IMG/VR virus record: IMGVR_UViG_3300008108_000413
Span: 2,817 to 66,816 of that record
Strand: one strand, 5' to 3'
Source: a virus
Length of the DNA: 64,000 bases
Shown: piece after piece, positions 48,832-58,883 of the stretch
Position numbering within the stretch: the stretch's first letter is position 1
How the letters are laid out: every line of letters begins with the position of its first letter
Made by a program: the position numbers and the translations under genes
Notes under the pieces: model-generated
What the model saw: the letters and a program-made list of their open reading frames with translations, nothing else
Database searches by the model: none
What the model was told of the DNA's origin: nothing

Positions 48832-51606
48832 TTACTTTTTCTTGTTCTTATTTTCTCTAGACTTTGGTTGATCATACTTGTTTTTGTTCTCTTTAGCTAT
48901 CTGTAACTCAGTATTCTTCATATCTCTCTGAGCCTGAATCTTTTCTCTTTCAATAGCAAGTTTTTCTCTAGCATTCATTTCTTTGTTAGATTGAACCTGC
49001 TGTTTTAGACCCATAGTTTGTTGGAACTCATCAGATTTGCGGATAATATCCATTTGATCTGCATAATCAGATTGTAGATTCTGGTTAATGTCTTGCATAG
49101 AACCATAACCTGCAGCTTTAATCTGAGCTTCAAGAAGTTTAACTCTGCGGTCTTTTTCTTTCTCCATAGACTCATGATCAAGCTCAAGCTGCTTCTCTTT
49201 TGCTTGTTGTTCAAGTTGAGCTTGTTGCATTTGCTGCTCATGCTGCATTTGCTCTTGTCTTTGTTGATTCGCTTTATCTTCAATCTTCTTAAGACTATGA
49301 GTAAGCTCAGCCATAGATTCTGCAGTCATGATATTACCCAGGTCATAGATACTTGCACCTGATGTATTATTAGAAAGAGCCAATTGCTTCATTTGTTCTA
49401 CCATAGCTCTGTGATTAGCTTTAGTAGTGCAGAATACATTGATGTCTCTGAGCAATAGATCTGTACCATTAATCTCAAAGTTTACCTTCTCATCAAGAGT
49501 AGTCATGTACTGAAGTCTCAAAGAAGGTTTCTTAGAGTGATAATACTGAGCAAGATCAGTTCTCATTTGGTGAACTCTAGGCATCAAATAATCAGAGTGT
49601 TGTACAAAGTACATCTCTGTTTGTGCATAAGATCCTGCCACAGCTTGCTCTACTCCAGTAGCTGTATTAGTTTGACCAATCTGCTGACCAAGTCTTTGTG
49701 GTGTAATACCTATTACTTCAAAGCATTGCTGCTTAAAGTAATTAGCCAAGTTAATCCTAGACATCATACGCTGAGTCTGTTCTAGGTTCATAACCTGGAA
49801 ATGTTGGAAAGCAAGTGGGTTTTCTGTATTGGTAATACTTGTATCCAGAGGTAACATCTGGAAATTCTTCATAGCTACATAAGCCTTAGCAAGATTGTTC
49901 TTACCCCAATCTTCACCCAGAGAATGTCGGGGTAGCGCATTTTGATCCAACAAAATTACGGTCCCCAACTCATCTACTAGGATGTCAGCAATTTGATTGT
50001 TGACAATATTATAGCCAATCTGGAAAGGTTTCATAAGATCTACCATTGCTGTAGATCTTGTATTTCTATCTGAGAACACTGAACCCTCTACTGGAAGTTT
50101 GCATCCATAGAGTGTATTATCTCCTTTAAACTGGAATCTAAGCTTACCAATGCGGTTTTGATCTATTCCAAGATACATAGGATTGATACCTCCTGGGTTA
50201 TTCATACCCCAGAAGGATGGGTGGTTAGGACCAATTTTTACACCTCCCCAAACTTCATTGATCCAGATCCACTCGATATGCTCTCCAAAAATAAGATTGT
50301 CTTTAGTCTTATTTTTAAATAATGCTGTGTTGTAAATAGGTTTGTCAGTAATCTTGTAGTCTTCATCAATGATATCTACAATTACTTCACCTGACTCTGT
50401 AATCTTTGTAAGGTGACCTACTTTGCGTTGTGATTTCCAATAAGCTGTAGTTGTTCTGAGCATGAAAGCCATACCCATGTCTTTATAATCTTCAGACTCA
50501 CCCATTACCCAGTTTACAATATCTCCACCATTATAGATGAAGTTATCATACATGGATACAAATTGTCTGTATTGTAAAGAAGGCATGTTAGTATTCCAAT
50601 CATGACCCTTAGTAGCATCATAGTAACTACCATCATTTTGGTATCCCTGTAGAGGATAACCTGCAGATCTTACTGGATAAATAGCTTCAAGAGATTCAAG
50701 CTGTTCTTGAGTCATAAGATAACCATACTTATCTATAACATCAGCCACAGTCATCATCTCAATTTTTCCTACCCAGTTACCCTGAGAAATATATCTTACT
50801 TCAGGTGATTTGTGGTAGAAAGTCATTACAGGATTCCAGAGTTCAATATCATAGTCATCATCCATCATGCGGAAGTGCCAGAACTCTCTATCTGTAATTA
50901 ACATATCTCTGAAAGCTCTCTCCTCAAGCTCATCCATTTTGAAGCGCTCTTCATCTACTTTGAACTGGTGTTGAGCCCATTGCTCACCCATAGATCTGTA
51001 GTTTTTAGTAAAGAAATCTTCAATTTCTGGAAGAGTTTTAAGATTTTCAGGAGCAAGCTGCTGTTGTAATTTCTCTTGAATCTCAGGATCATTGGGATCA
51101 ACCCCCATCTCAATCATATTAGTAATGAGCTTTTGCTCAGCTTGAGAAAGAAGAACCTGCTCTACAGCTTGTCTTTTTTGTTCCATGAGTTCATTATATG
51201 TGAACTCATCTACAGCTTTAAAGGTAACTTTTGTATTGCGCTTTGCAAACTCAGATACCATTACATTAATAACATTTGGAATAATTGGATAGAACTTAAG
51301 TTCTAATGCACTAAAATCTTCCTGAGTTAGAGTTTCAAGAAGATCTCTATTCTCATTATCCTCAGAAACAAGGTAATCTGTTTTATCTATAATACCTTTA
51401 GCTAGCTTATAGTTCTTCATAAGTCTTCTAGCATTTCTTCTGATTTGCTTAAGACCTTGCCATTCTAGCCAATCTAAATTCCAAGCAGTCCAATCTTCAT
51501 CTTTTTCTTTTCTTGGTAGAAATTGTATAGGTTGAGTGATTGAGCCCATGCGGTTATATTCCGCCTTAGCTCCACTCTTTAACTGCATTGCATTTAAAAC
51601 CTTCAT
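48832..51606 (-). CDS. Portal protein
   Basis: 924 aa; FYPIIPNVINV, WINEVWGGVKIG, VDLMKPFQIGYNIVNNQI and GITPQRLGQ; Gln-rich C-terminal barrel helix; follows terL. Confidence 0.88.
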   Translation of the reverse strand: MKVLNAMQLKSGAKAEYNRMGSITQPIQFLPRKEKDEDWTAWNLDWLEWQGLKQIRRNARRLMKNYKLAKGIIDKTDYLVSEDNENRDLLETLTQEDFSALELKFYPIIPNVINVMVSEFAKRNTKVTFKAVDEFTYNELMEQKRQAVEQVLLSQAEQKLITNMIEMGVDPNDPEIQEKLQQQLAPENLKTLPEIEDFFTKNYRSMGEQWAQHQFKVDEERFKMDELEERAFRDMLITDREFWHFRMMDDDYDIELWNPVMTFYHKSPEVRYISQGNWVGKIEMMTVADVIDKYGYLMTQEQLESLEAIYPVRSAGYPLQGYQNDGSYYDATKGHDWNTNMPSLQYRQFVSMYDNFIYNGGDIVNWVMGESEDYKDMGMAFMLRTTTAYWKSQRKVGHLTKITESGEVIVDIIDEDYKITDKPIYNTALFKNKTKDNLIFGEHIEWIWINEVWGGVKIGPNHPSFWGMNNPGGINPMYLGIDQNRIGKLRFQFKGDNTLYGCKLPVEGSVFSDRNTRSTAMVDLMKPFQIGYNIVNNQIADILVDELGTVILLDQNALPRHSLGEDWGKNNLAKAYVAMKNFQMLPLDTSITNTENPLAFQHFQVMNLEQTQRMMSRINLANYFKQQCFEVIGITPQRLGQQIGQTNTATGVEQAVAGSYAQTEMYFVQHSDYLMPRVHQMRTDLAQYYHSKKPSLRLQYMTTLDEKVNFEINGTDLLLRDINVFCTTKANHRAMVEQMKQLALSNNTSGASIYDLGNIMTAESMAELTHSLKKIEDKANQQRQEQMQHEQQMQQAQLEQQAKEKQLELDHESMEKEKDRRVKLLEAQIKAAGYGSMQDINQNLQSDYADQMDIIRKSDEFQQTMGLKQQVQSNKEMNAREKLAIEREKIQAQRDMKNTELQIAKENKNKYDQPKSRENKNKKK

Positions 51607-51607
51607 G

Positions 51608-53803
51608 TTATCTCATGTTTTTAAATGGAGATTTAGGAAAGCTCATACCAGGAACTTTCCTCATCTTTCCCATGTGCCTAAAAGGGCTTGTATTTAATTT
51701 ATATAAATTATCAGACTTTTGCAAGTTATTAGTGTTTACCTGGTCTACTCTTTTCTTGTATCCTCTATTAGCCTGCTGAACTTTAGCAAAGGCAATAAGC
51801 GCTGCTAAAGATACTAATCTATCCACGTTTACATCATCATCATATGCTTCCATTTCTGTAAAAGCCATAGGATCTGGTATTCTTTCTACCCCATAAGTAG
51901 TCTTTACTATGGTACCATCATCCTTAGTTTCATGAGTTAGTTCTTCTTTTAAGAACTCAATCAGGTAGCTAAGCATGTGACTTTTGAAGAGAGTACCTGT
52001 GTTTTTCCACCCATACTCCTGGAACACGTTAGTATTACTACCCAGATCCTTAAGGAATAGAATTTGATTTTTAGGTACTAAATACTTCTGTTTCTTCCTT
52101 TGTATCATGTAGTTAATAAAGTGGGATATGTTATTTTCCACAATGGTCCATGCATTATACCACTCTATTATAAGTTCTAGTCTTTCATGGGTTTTGTTAA
52201 TATCATCAAATCTACCACACCATGCAGCTACTATTCTATCATTTTCTATATGATTAGTAGTCTCATGTTTATCTACTCTGGTTACCTCTACTGGGTTTTT
52301 ATAGACATAGATAGAACAGAGTGATTCTGAAGTAGTTGTTTTACCCTCACCAACGGGGTCAATAGATGCATAATAGGTACCCCATTCTGAGTTAGCTTGT
52401 GGTCTTTCCCATACTACTAATACTCCTGTTTTATCTTCAGTGTTCTTAGTTATAGGGAATTCTGAGATAGGTAGCTTGTTTGTAAGCTTAGGTTCTATTT
52501 TACCAGCAGCATCCCTCTCCAGATTTATAAACTCATAAGGATATTCTTTTTCATCAATCCTTCTTTTTTGAGCTGCAACTAGACTCATAGGGAATTTAGA
52601 TACTTTTCTAAAGGCAAATGCTTCAGCTATATTCTTAGGATGCTGGGATATTCTAAGCTGATATTGCTCAGGTGTAAGATCTTTTTTCCACTTAAGTCTT
52701 TGATTATCAATAGCTTCTACTGATTCTTTTACTAGAGAATTACCATACTGATCTATAAATGGAGGCATAGACCATTGCTCAGGTATAAATAAACCTGTCT
52801 TACCTATAGTACCTTTGTCATCTAATAGATCAGATTCTACTGAATAAATACTATTAGACTCTGGGTAGAGTATCATTTGTTTTAAAGGTTGACACTGATC
52901 TAAGTCACCCACAGATCCTGCAGCAACAAATAAACCTGTAGTAAGCATACCTGATTGCATAGCAGGAAACAAGAATTCCACTGTTACATCCATCTTAGGT
53001 GCAATACCAGCTTCCTCATGAAAGAAGAAAGTACATGGTCCACCTACACCAGATGTAGGATCTTTCTCAAAAGTAACTCCTTGAAGCACACCTTTTAGAC
53101 CAGTCATACTTTTTCTACCACCTATAACTTGCTCAATCTGCTGTTGCCACAAAAGAACCTTATTAGGATTCATAGGTCTATACCAAGCAGTGTGCAAATC
53201 CAGGAAAGACTTGTACTCATTTAGAAATTTCCAAGATCCTTTTTCATTGATATAATCTTTAAGGCTTGCACCCATCTTTACAATAGGTGTTTCTTCAAAC
53301 CATATAAGATTTATCATCTTAGCACAGTGGAAATAAGAAGATGCTATTTGTCGCTTTTTGAGGATAGCTGCATGTTGATAGTTGAGTTCTGCAAGGAGCT
53401 CGTATAATGCCATGTGGTATTGTGCATCCCTGACACTTGGAAAGTCAAACTTTCTTTTTTCTTTGTCATTGATTGGTAAGAAATTGAGCCACATGTAGTA
53501 TTCTCTGGGAAGGTACCATGTGAGTTTACCATCTGTAAAGATTGCTCCATATCTGCATTTTTCTTTTTCTGCATCCCAATATTTTCTATAATCCTTGCTA
53601 CCCATAGGTCCAGAGAAATAGTAACCCTGATTCCTAAATTTTTGAGCTTCTTCATTAAAGTATAGAGAAACTTCATTAAAATCATATTTTCCAGGTTCTT
53701 TAAATACAGAAAGTACAAAGTCTTTGTACTCATCACGAGTAGCAAATTCAGTGTATTCCCAAACACCTTTATTCCAAGTAGGTATTTTAATGTAACTACT
53801 CAT
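51608..53803 (-). CDS. terL: Terminase large subunit
   Basis: ILKKRQIASSY (Walker A variant), FFFHEEAG (Walker B), AGSVG coupling motif, YYASIDPV nuclease Asp, C-terminal NVDRLVS. Confidence 0.92.
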   Translation of the reverse strand: MSSYIKIPTWNKGVWEYTEFATRDEYKDFVLSVFKEPGKYDFNEVSLYFNEEAQKFRNQGYYFSGPMGSKDYRKYWDAEKEKCRYGAIFTDGKLTWYLPREYYMWLNFLPINDKEKRKFDFPSVRDAQYHMALYELLAELNYQHAAILKKRQIASSYFHCAKMINLIWFEETPIVKMGASLKDYINEKGSWKFLNEYKSFLDLHTAWYRPMNPNKVLLWQQQIEQVIGGRKSMTGLKGVLQGVTFEKDPTSGVGGPCTFFFHEEAGIAPKMDVTVEFLFPAMQSGMLTTGLFVAAGSVGDLDQCQPLKQMILYPESNSIYSVESDLLDDKGTIGKTGLFIPEQWSMPPFIDQYGNSLVKESVEAIDNQRLKWKKDLTPEQYQLRISQHPKNIAEAFAFRKVSKFPMSLVAAQKRRIDEKEYPYEFINLERDAAGKIEPKLTNKLPISEFPITKNTEDKTGVLVVWERPQANSEWGTYYASIDPVGEGKTTTSESLCSIYVYKNPVEVTRVDKHETTNHIENDRIVAAWCGRFDDINKTHERLELIIEWYNAWTIVENNISHFINYMIQRKKQKYLVPKNQILFLKDLGSNTNVFQEYGWKNTGTLFKSHMLSYLIEFLKEELTHETKDDGTIVKTTYGVERIPDPMAFTEMEAYDDDVNVDRLVSLAALIAFAKVQQANRGYKKRVDQVNTNNLQKSDNLYKLNTSPFRHMGKMRKVPGMSFPKSPFKNMR

Positions 53804-54005
53804 TGATTATTTTTTTCATCTTAGCTAACTTACCTTCCCCTTTATTGATTATGTCTACAAGGGTAGAATGTTTACTAGATTGAATCAAAGTTTTACAATT
53901 TAATCCATTAAAGTAAGGTACCAGATCTTGTCTTTCAAAAGCTGACCAAATTTTTGAATAGGGGTTATAGTGAAATAACCAGTCATTAAAGAATTCTTTT
54001 TCCAT
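53796..54005 (-). CDS. Hypothetical protein (likely start ATG 54005, MEKEFFNDWLFHYNPY)
   Basis: ORF coupled to terL; a start at 54005 avoids overlap with the upstream gene. Confidence 0.55.
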   Translation of the reverse strand: MEKEFFNDWLFHYNPYSKIWSAFERQDLVPYFNGLNCKTLIQSSKHSTLVDIINKGEGKLAKMKKIINE

Positions 54006-54009
54006 GATT

Positions 54010-54528
54010 TTACATTTGATCATATGCAAGACCTGCTCCACCTCGCACATGTGATTGTTGTTCTTCTTTTAAATCTTTATATGCTCCTTTAAAGGAAGCT
54101 CTTATACCATCAAAGTTCTTAGCTGCAGCTACTAAAGAGTTGATGTTTCCATCTCTACCATGTGTAATAGGTGTATTTTCCATATAGACAGCTAATCTAT
54201 CTAACATAGATTTAAGACCTTTATATGCTCTAGATGTAGGGGTTTCATACATCTTCTCACATTTTTTAAGAGCTATCTGTACAAGATCCTCATCAGTAGA
54301 GAAGTCTGCTTCAATATCTTCTAGAATAACTTCTTCTTTCTCTACCTCACTCATATGAAAGTAAGGATTCATATCTGGATTAGGACATGTCATGTAGAAG
54401 AGATACTTGTAGATCTTTATGTAGTTATCAGGAAATTCATCCATGATATCTTTTAAAAACTTCAAAGCATAGCAGTGCTCTGTAGGTTTAACCTCCCCAT
54501 TCTCTATGTCGAATAATCTTGTTGTCAT
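54010..54528 (-). CDS. Conserved protein upstream of terL (terminase small subunit candidate)
   Basis: 172 aa, helical, C-terminal VRGG; position. Confidence 0.45.
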   Translation of the reverse strand: MTTRLFDIENGEVKPTEHCYALKFLKDIMDEFPDNYIKIYKYLFYMTCPNPDMNPYFHMSEVEKEEVILEDIEADFSTDEDLVQIALKKCEKMYETPTSRAYKGLKSMLDRLAVYMENTPITHGRDGNINSLVAAAKNFDGIRASFKGAYKDLKEEQQSHVRGGAGLAYDQM

Positions 54529-54634
54529 CTTTAATCTCTTTAATTATTTTTTTACCTGACTCACATTTAGGTGAAGCTTTCTTTTTTACTTTCTTATTCC
54601 AAAAACTTTTTTGTTGGTATTGATCATTACTCAT
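54488..54634 (-). CDS. Small basic hypothetical protein, 48 aa (not in track)
   Basis: MSNDQYQQKSFWNKKVKKK...HREWGG*; ATGA overlap with the upstream stop. Confidence 0.45.
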   Translation of the reverse strand: MSNDQYQQKSFWNKKVKKKASPKCESGKKIIKEIKDDNKIIRHREWGG

Positions 54635-55461
54635 TTTTTAATTGTGTCTTTATTGTCTTTTAACCAGTTAATCATTGCAATTACCTCAGATTTAAGATAA
54701 GGTAGCTCATAAGGTACAACTTCTTTTACAATAGGGTTGCCATCATTATCTCTTTTAGCTACTGGATTACCATACTTATCTTTGCTTTCTTCTTCAAAAA
54801 TAATATGGTGAAGAGTAAGTTTACCAGGTTTAAACTGAGGATTATGCTTTAGTATAATATACATATAAGTACTCAGTTGTAAAGCATAGTGGTAGAAATT
54901 GCAATCATCTAAGTGTGAACAAGGGCCACTCATTTTTTGAGATAGCCCTTCCCAGTTCTTGTAAGATTCTGTCTTAATTTCTTTGTTGGTTTTGTAATCA
55001 ATGATATTGACAGTATTCTTTACTATTTCTACAAGATCTGATTGTCCACATAAACCTGCTGATTTAAGATATACCAAGTGTTCTGGATATATCCCTTCAG
55101 TAAGTTTTTGATCTGGTGCATGCTTTACACCATCTTGAATAATTGGTTTTATAATAGGAATTGCAATACCTTGTCTCTCAATAGTATCTATACCAGTAAT
55201 ATCTGTTTCTCTCTGGTTATGATACCATGTACCCAAATCAGTTGCTCTCTTAGCCTCAGCATTCCATATTTCCTGAATCTCTTCAGGTGGAATACCATAC
55301 CATTTTGATCTCTTATTTTTAGATGATTTCTCTGCTATTTTTTTAGCATCAAACTTATCTTTAAACAAGCTTACAAAGCTGGTTACACTAATCCAATTTA
55401 TTTGTTCATTTGGATCTTTGCTGGTGTAGGAGTGGGTCTCTGATTTGAATATGAGTGTCAT
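54631..55461 (-). CDS. PD-(D/E)xK (Cas4/RecB-like) exonuclease
   Basis: SVTS..GTWYH..CGQSDLV..IIDYKTN..YALQLSTY. Confidence 0.85.
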   Translation of the reverse strand: MTLIFKSETHSYTSKDPNEQINWISVTSFVSLFKDKFDAKKIAEKSSKNKRSKWYGIPPEEIQEIWNAEAKRATDLGTWYHNQRETDITGIDTIERQGIAIPIIKPIIQDGVKHAPDQKLTEGIYPEHLVYLKSAGLCGQSDLVEIVKNTVNIIDYKTNKEIKTESYKNWEGLSQKMSGPCSHLDDCNFYHYALQLSTYMYIILKHNPQFKPGKLTLHHIIFEEESKDKYGNPVAKRDNDGNPIVKEVVPYELPYLKSEVIAMINWLKDNKDTIKK

Positions 55462-55472
55462 TTGAGTTGGTA

Positions 55473-55787
55473 TTAGATTCCTAATTCTAAGTTGAGCTTA
55501 TCTTCATCATCCTCATCCATATATGCTTCCCATTTAGGTCCTTTAGGATGAGGACACTCTGATGAAAGAGATCTGGTTTTAAATTCTAAACTACATCCAC
55601 ATTCTCCACAACAAGGCTTAGTACCAGATACCAAACACTTATCACCTTTAAGATCAATAAGATCGCACTTATCACAGATAGCTTGTCTTTCTGCAGCTAT
55701 AAGTTCAACATGTTCTTTTTTAAAGATGCTATTCTTAATCCCCTCCAGAATCAGGGCTTTGTCTTTCCAGATTTTTTTGATATTCAT
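55473..55787 (-). CDS. Small Cys-rich Zn-binding protein
   Basis: RQAICDKC..C..CCGECGC..KTRS..ECP..KW. Confidence 0.65.
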   Translation of the reverse strand: MNIKKIWKDKALILEGIKNSIFKKEHVELIAAERQAICDKCDLIDLKGDKCLVSGTKPCCGECGCSLEFKTRSLSSECPHPKGPKWEAYMDEDDEDKLNLELGI

Positions 55788-56142
55788 CTTTTTTGGTTTT
55801 TGAGCTTTCTTTTTTAATGTATTGAATATCTAACATCAACTGCATGTTTACTAGTCTCTCAAGTCTGCTCTCTATTACTTTCATTCTCTGAAAGCCACCA
55901 AACTTCTTAGGGTTTACATACTTTTTTAGATTGACATGTTCTTCTGTAAACTCCTTAAGCTTGATAGGTCTTATTGACATTTCTCCTAATCCATGCAGTG
56001 TTATAGTTGGAAATTCTAATCCTGTTAAAGCTTTTCTTATTCTACTCCAGTAGAATGAGGTTATGTCTTTTACAAGATCAGAAGTGACATCCAACTCTTT
56101 AGCTGTGATATCTACTATTGCTTTAGACTTTTTCGGGTTCAA
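55735..56142 (-). CDS. IHF/HU-like DNA-binding protein
   Basis: TAKELDVTSDLVKDI..TITLHGLGEMSIR resembles the HU/IHF fold. Confidence 0.55.
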   Translation of the reverse strand: MNPKKSKAIVDITAKELDVTSDLVKDITSFYWSRIRKALTGLEFPTITLHGLGEMSIRPIKLKEFTEEHVNLKKYVNPKKFGGFQRMKVIESRLERLVNMQLMLDIQYIKKESSKTKKDEYQKNLERQSPDSGGD

Positions 56143-56533
56143 CGTACACTATTTTATAATCAAGAACTATGTTACCTGTTGTCTGAACTTTTAGAGAATC
56201 TGAAAGGAATATCTTCTTTCTATTCTTACCCTCCTTAGTTATAAGTCCCATTTTTTCAAGTTTAGTCAAACAGTTTCTTACTGTTTGTGGATTCTTGAAT
56301 ATGTGAGACTTATAAACTAAAGCAGGTTCTTTATCTCTTTGGTCTTCTGCACAAGAAGCATTGCAAAACTCTGCAAGCTCAGCTTCCTTGTTTATTCCTA
56401 GAAGAGTCAAACAGTTTAATTCAGAATCAGACAAAGCCAAACCTTGAATATAGCAGTGTGAAACAAGCTGGAACTTTATAATATTCCAGTTGTCCATTGT
56501 TACCCGCTTTGTTACAAGATTTACTTTAGCCAT
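56123..56533 (-). CDS. Winged-helix DNA-binding protein
   Basis: LSDSELNCL..PQTVRNCLTKLEKMGLITK wHTH pattern. Confidence 0.55.
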   Translation of the reverse strand: MAKVNLVTKRVTMDNWNIIKFQLVSHCYIQGLALSDSELNCLTLLGINKEAELAEFCNASCAEDQRDKEPALVYKSHIFKNPQTVRNCLTKLEKMGLITKEGKNRKKIFLSDSLKVQTTGNIVLDYKIVYVEPEKV

Positions 56534-56535
56534 GA

Positions 56536-56826
56536 TTATGCTTGTGTTTTAAGCTTTCTTTCTTTTTTAAATTCAGCAAGTTCTTCTTGAGATTGCTTTG
56601 CTTCAGGATCAGCTTGTGGTCCAGCCATGATTTGTGCAATACGCATAGAAGCTACAAGTCTTCTAAGTCTAGCTTCTTCTAGATCAGCAGCAAGTCCTTC
56701 TGCTTCAAGCTGTAACTTAAGCATAGGAATCTGATCATTGTAGTACTCAGTCATGTTAGCTTTAAGAGCTGCAATCTGTTCAGGACTAAGTTCCTGTTCT
56801 TGATTTTCAATTGTTTCTTTTGACAT
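56536..56826 (-). CDS. Hypothetical coiled-coil protein
   Basis: 96-aa ORF, first gene after a terminator/promoter gap. Confidence 0.6.
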   Translation of the reverse strand: MSKETIENQEQELSPEQIAALKANMTEYYNDQIPMLKLQLEAEGLAADLEEARLRRLVASMRIAQIMAGPQADPEAKQSQEELAEFKKERKLKTQA

Positions 56827-56897
56827 GTTTATTGGTTTTTAGGTTAAACATTTAGCAAATATAATATGAAATGTTTAAATATCAAATAGTTATAAAT

Positions 56898-56929
56898 AAA
56901 GAAACCTAGTCTTACGGGACTAGGTCTCT
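56898..56929 (-). terminator. Intrinsic terminator
   Basis: AGAAACCTAGTC-TTACGG-GACTAGGTCTCT hairpin; T-rich tail on the minus strand. Confidence 0.65.
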
Positions 56930-56952
56930 GATGGAGTAACTGGGAAGGGAAG

Positions 56953-57321
56953 TTACTCAGATTCTTTTTCTTCTTCTGTATTTAAGGTAAGCTCATATAC
57001 TCCGCTGTCTATCAAGTAGTTATAATATTTAAACCACTCCATAATCACCTTTTTAAATCTGTTATAGCTTAAAGCTACTTTAAAGTTAGTGTCATCTGAT
57101 AGTCTTATTACAGTTATAGACTTGCTCTCACCATTAGTAAGTCTAAGAGTGCTTTCCCAGAAATACATAATCTCAATCTGATCATAATCCAAAAATAAAG
57201 TAGATTTCTCCACTAAAGCTGCAGATTCATCCTCTATATAAACATCAAGTTCCAAGAAGGGCCAAGTCTCAGGTTTCTTTATTTCTGGATTCATGATTCT
57301 AAATTTATAGGATTCTGCCAT
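56953..57321 (-). CDS. Hypothetical protein (likely start ATG 57321, MAESYKF)
   Basis: ORF overlapping the end of the phosphoesterase gene. Confidence 0.55.
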   Translation of the reverse strand: MAESYKFRIMNPEIKKPETWPFLELDVYIEDESAALVEKSTLFLDYDQIEIMYFWESTLRLTNGESKSITVIRLSDDTNFKVALSYNRFKKVIMEWFKYYNYLIDSGVYELTLNTEEEKESE

Positions 57322-58324
57322 TATGTATTTCCTTATTATGAACACTTATATTACCCTGAGAGTTTACATAAGCTATGGCAAATCCATGCATCCAATCATT
57401 ATTAGGAAGATAGTCTGCTCTTAATCCACAAAGACAACCTACTGTATAATAAGAACTAATATTACCAGAAAGCTGATGTTTAGCATGCTTTTTATCAGGT
57501 CTGTGTTTATCCCCAGTAAGTGTGCTCTCATGTGTTTTTAAAGATACAGCATGTGCTGGAGAAACTCTGGAATTTCCTGATATTTCATTACCATGAATTA
57601 TCCATAGATTACCATATTTAATTGGTTGAATATTAGGAATCCATGTAATACCATGTTCACCTAATCTTAGTTTAGATGGTATTGTGTATTCTTCATCATC
57701 CCAAATCTCAATAGCTCTGGATCTAAGCCACACAGGCCAGCGCTTTTCATGATTACCCTCTTTAAAATAGATAGGTATTTCAGGGAAAGCTCTTTTAATT
57801 GCTTCTATAAACTGAAGGCCCAGTTCAAACTCCTTTTTAATTCTGGCTTTCCCTGGGTCTTTAAAGTGTCTTGATACTTGGTGCATATCTAATATATCAC
57901 CATTTAAAAGCAACCCATCTATATTCTCATTTTGCAAATCGCGAATTGCAACTGTAAGTGCATCTATGTCATGCTCAGGAATGTGTATGTCTGATAAAAT
58001 ACCAAGCTTTGTTATAGATGTAGGGATAACAAAAGGTTCTGTTGGAGAATAATCTGATTGTGGTAATTCAAAAGGATTTATTGCTTTACAATCATTACCA
58101 TATTTAAGAGTAGTAAGTTTTTTTTCTTTATTTAACGTAGCTCTACTTTTATTACCATTAGCTCCAGTATAATATCTTAAGCTTTTATAAGCATTATCTA
58201 ACTTTCCAAAAACCAATTTATTTTCACTAAAGATTTTTCTAGCTAAAGCTTTTTTTGGTGAATTTGGAAATTTGGTAATATACCTCTTGATTATAGAATA
58301 ATATTTAGCATTATTTGCAGCCAT
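57305..58324 (-). CDS. Calcineurin-like metallophosphoesterase with basic N-terminal domain
   Basis: SDIH, NGDILD, GNHE and IHG motifs, plus GDKH in place of the usual GHxH. Confidence 0.85.
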   Translation of the reverse strand: MAANNAKYYSIIKRYITKFPNSPKKALARKIFSENKLVFGKLDNAYKSLRYYTGANGNKSRATLNKEKKLTTLKYGNDCKAINPFELPQSDYSPTEPFVIPTSITKLGILSDIHIPEHDIDALTVAIRDLQNENIDGLLLNGDILDMHQVSRHFKDPGKARIKKEFELGLQFIEAIKRAFPEIPIYFKEGNHEKRWPVWLRSRAIEIWDDEEYTIPSKLRLGEHGITWIPNIQPIKYGNLWIIHGNEISGNSRVSPAHAVSLKTHESTLTGDKHRPDKKHAKHQLSGNISSYYTVGCLCGLRADYLPNNDWMHGFAIAYVNSQGNISVHNKEIHNGRIL

Positions 58325-58326
58325 GA

Positions 58327-58872
58327 TTAAAACTCTTTAAGCAGAGTGTAAGTAAAGGCTTTTTTCTTACTAGCCTTAGCTTCATCAAGAAGAGTCTTGA
58401 AATCTGCAGGGTTATTTAATACCTGACATCCAGCAGACCATTTATCAATAAGTCTACTAATAGCCTTTTCATTTGCTCTGTGAATATTGATACCAAATAA
58501 GCCAGTATCTGTAACTGCTGTTTCTTCAGCAATATCATCAAGATCTTTATCTCTAAATACTGTTACAGGTTTCACCTGCTTAAAAGCTTCATACTTACCC
58601 TGGTGTAAACCTATCTCCCAAGTATCAATATACTGACCTGGTTTGAGAAGTGCTGTACCTTTTGGGTTCATAATATTTTTAAGCCAGTGAGTCCCTGGAT
58701 TTGTAGTACCTGTAAACCAAGAAATTTTTCCATTAGCTACTAATCCAATAAGATCATCAAACTCATTGGGCTTGTTAGCTGCAGATCTAATACCTACAAT
58801 CATAAAGTCAAACCACTGGTATCCCAGTCTTTTGAACTCAAACTGCAGTTCACCTATTGTATACTTTTTCAT
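58327..58872 (-). CDS. Putative endolysin, YkuD/L,D-transpeptidase-like
   Basis: GINIHRA-x11-WSAGCQV fits H-x(14-17)-S-x-G-C; adjacent to holin-like genes. Confidence 0.6.
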   Translation of the reverse strand: MKKYTIGELQFEFKRLGYQWFDFMIVGIRSAANKPNEFDDLIGLVANGKISWFTGTTNPGTHWLKNIMNPKGTALLKPGQYIDTWEIGLHQGKYEAFKQVKPVTVFRDKDLDDIAEETAVTDTGLFGINIHRANEKAISRLIDKWSAGCQVLNNPADFKTLLDEAKASKKKAFTYTLLKEF

Positions 58873-58883
58873 ACTGTAAGTTT

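Noticed and set aside
45808-53803. Introns or inteins in terL, portal or MCP (common in gut crAss-like phages)
   Set aside because: The ORFs are continuous and of ordinary size; no intein terminal motifs or homing-endonuclease motifs were seen.
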